DNA from: Patescibacteria group bacterium
Lineage (GTDB): Bacteria; Patescibacteriota; Gracilibacteria; Absconditabacterales; Absconditicoccaceae
DNA length: 27,071 nucleotides
NCBI GenBank assembly: GCA_017992195.1
Contig: JAGOPC010000011.1
Span: forward strand, 1-27,071
Reading direction: 5' to 3'
Part shown: one piece after another, positions 26,628-27,071 of the stretch
How the letters are laid out: every line of letters begins with the position of its first letter
How positions within the stretch are numbered: the stretch's first letter is position 1
Translations under genes and position numbers: made by a program
The notes under the pieces: model-generated
What the model saw: only the letters and a program-made list of their open reading frames with translations
The model's database searches: none
Told to the model about the DNA's origin: nothing

Positions 26628-27071
26628 TTAATTGGGGAAGAGTTCTAATTTTTTCATAAAATCTTCATCCCTGAAAGCTCCTATAGCCATGAGCGTTTCG
26701 CTTTCACGGCATCCGGGACAGTCACAGTAGGCATCTTTTACCGGCTGATCCTTGATGTACATGGACCCATGATGGCAGCGATGTTCATGCGGAGGAAAGA
26801 CATTGCAGCCGTCGCATATCTTGTCGCGAGGCGGCATACCAAAGCAAATAGTAAGCACTTTCGCTTCAGGCTGTCCAAAGAAGTAATCTAATTTTAATGT
26901 GGAAGCTGCCAACAACTTCTTTGTAAAATAAAGAGCTTCTATGGAGCAAACGGCGCTTTCGGTAGGCATGAGGCTTATTTGTACCTCCTCCTGATCAGCA
27001 TTCCTGCTTCTCTGGTTGAGATAGTAAATCGTCTTATTCACAGTTCCAATAAAACCTTGAAATGCTATGAA
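26628..27071 (-). CDS. Cys/His-rich hypothetical protein (start uncertain, may lie beyond the window edge)
   Basis: The frame is open from the window end to TAA at 26628-26630. It contains CDGC...HEHRCHH...CDCPGC, suggesting a zinc-binding module. Possible internal starts are GTG 27041 or a later Met. Confidence 0.45.
   Translation of the reverse strand, partial: FIAFQGFIGTVNKTIYYLNQRSRNADQEEVQISLMPTESAVCSIEALYFTKKLLAASTLKLDYFFGQPEAKVLTICFGMPPRDKICDGCNVFPPHEHRCHHGSMYIKDQPVKDAYCDCPGCRESETLMAIGAFRDEDFMKKLELFPN

Noticed and set aside
1-27071. Genetic code 4 (TGA=Trp, Mycoplasma-type) as an alternative explanation.
   Set aside because: The TGA positions in Walker A, LSGGE, VGLEE, IGTQ and DGxMxG are invariant Gly positions, not Trp. 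Ordinary TGG codons also occur, for example in WCGPC.
1-27071. Search for rRNA, tRNA, CRISPR arrays, IS elements, transposases and integrases.
   Set aside because: By eye I found no T-loop-like GGTTCGA(A/T)TCC motifs, no regularly spaced direct repeats, no terminal inverted repeats flanking an ORF, and no DDE or tyrosine-recombinase-like translations. A proper tRNAscan or Infernal run is still needed.

Overview
This window reads as a chromosomal segment from a bacterium that decodes UGA as glycine (genetic code 25), which points to Gracilibacteria or Absconditabacteria in the CPR/Patescibacteria. Under the standard code every recognisable housekeeping gene is broken into same-frame pieces, and every break is a TGA. 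Several of these TGAs sit at invariant glycines: ABC-F Walker A GxxGxGKS, ABC signature LSGGE twice, PcrA VGLEE, PriA IGTQ and Dus DGxMxG. Re-reading with TGA=Gly gives about 30 CDS. Recognisable ones are a partial MFS transporter, a DUF4012 protein, pcrA/uvrD, a truncated priA-like gene, rsmH, an ftsL-like gene, dus, a class-3 lipase, a UPF0489 protein, a HEPN (Rx4H) protein, a lipoprotein, an AbiEi-like wHTH protein, trxA, a Fic AMPylase and a Uup-like ABC-F ATPase, plus many orphans. Three complete genes are effectively invisible in the supplied ORF track: 9282..10343, 18313..19044 and 23701..24666. Almost every gene has its own near-consensus TTGACx-N16-TAnnnT promoter and many have a rho-independent terminator. 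Shine-Dalgarno motifs are essentially absent, and four genes look leaderless. No rRNA, tRNA, CRISPR array or transposase was seen. The most interesting regions are a HEPN-UPF0489 cassette inside a conflict-type island (about 16.1-23.6 kb), an N-terminally truncated priA next to a TGA-free insertion, and a strongly bimodal use of TGA-Gly between genes. All calls come from reading the sequence; no searches were run.
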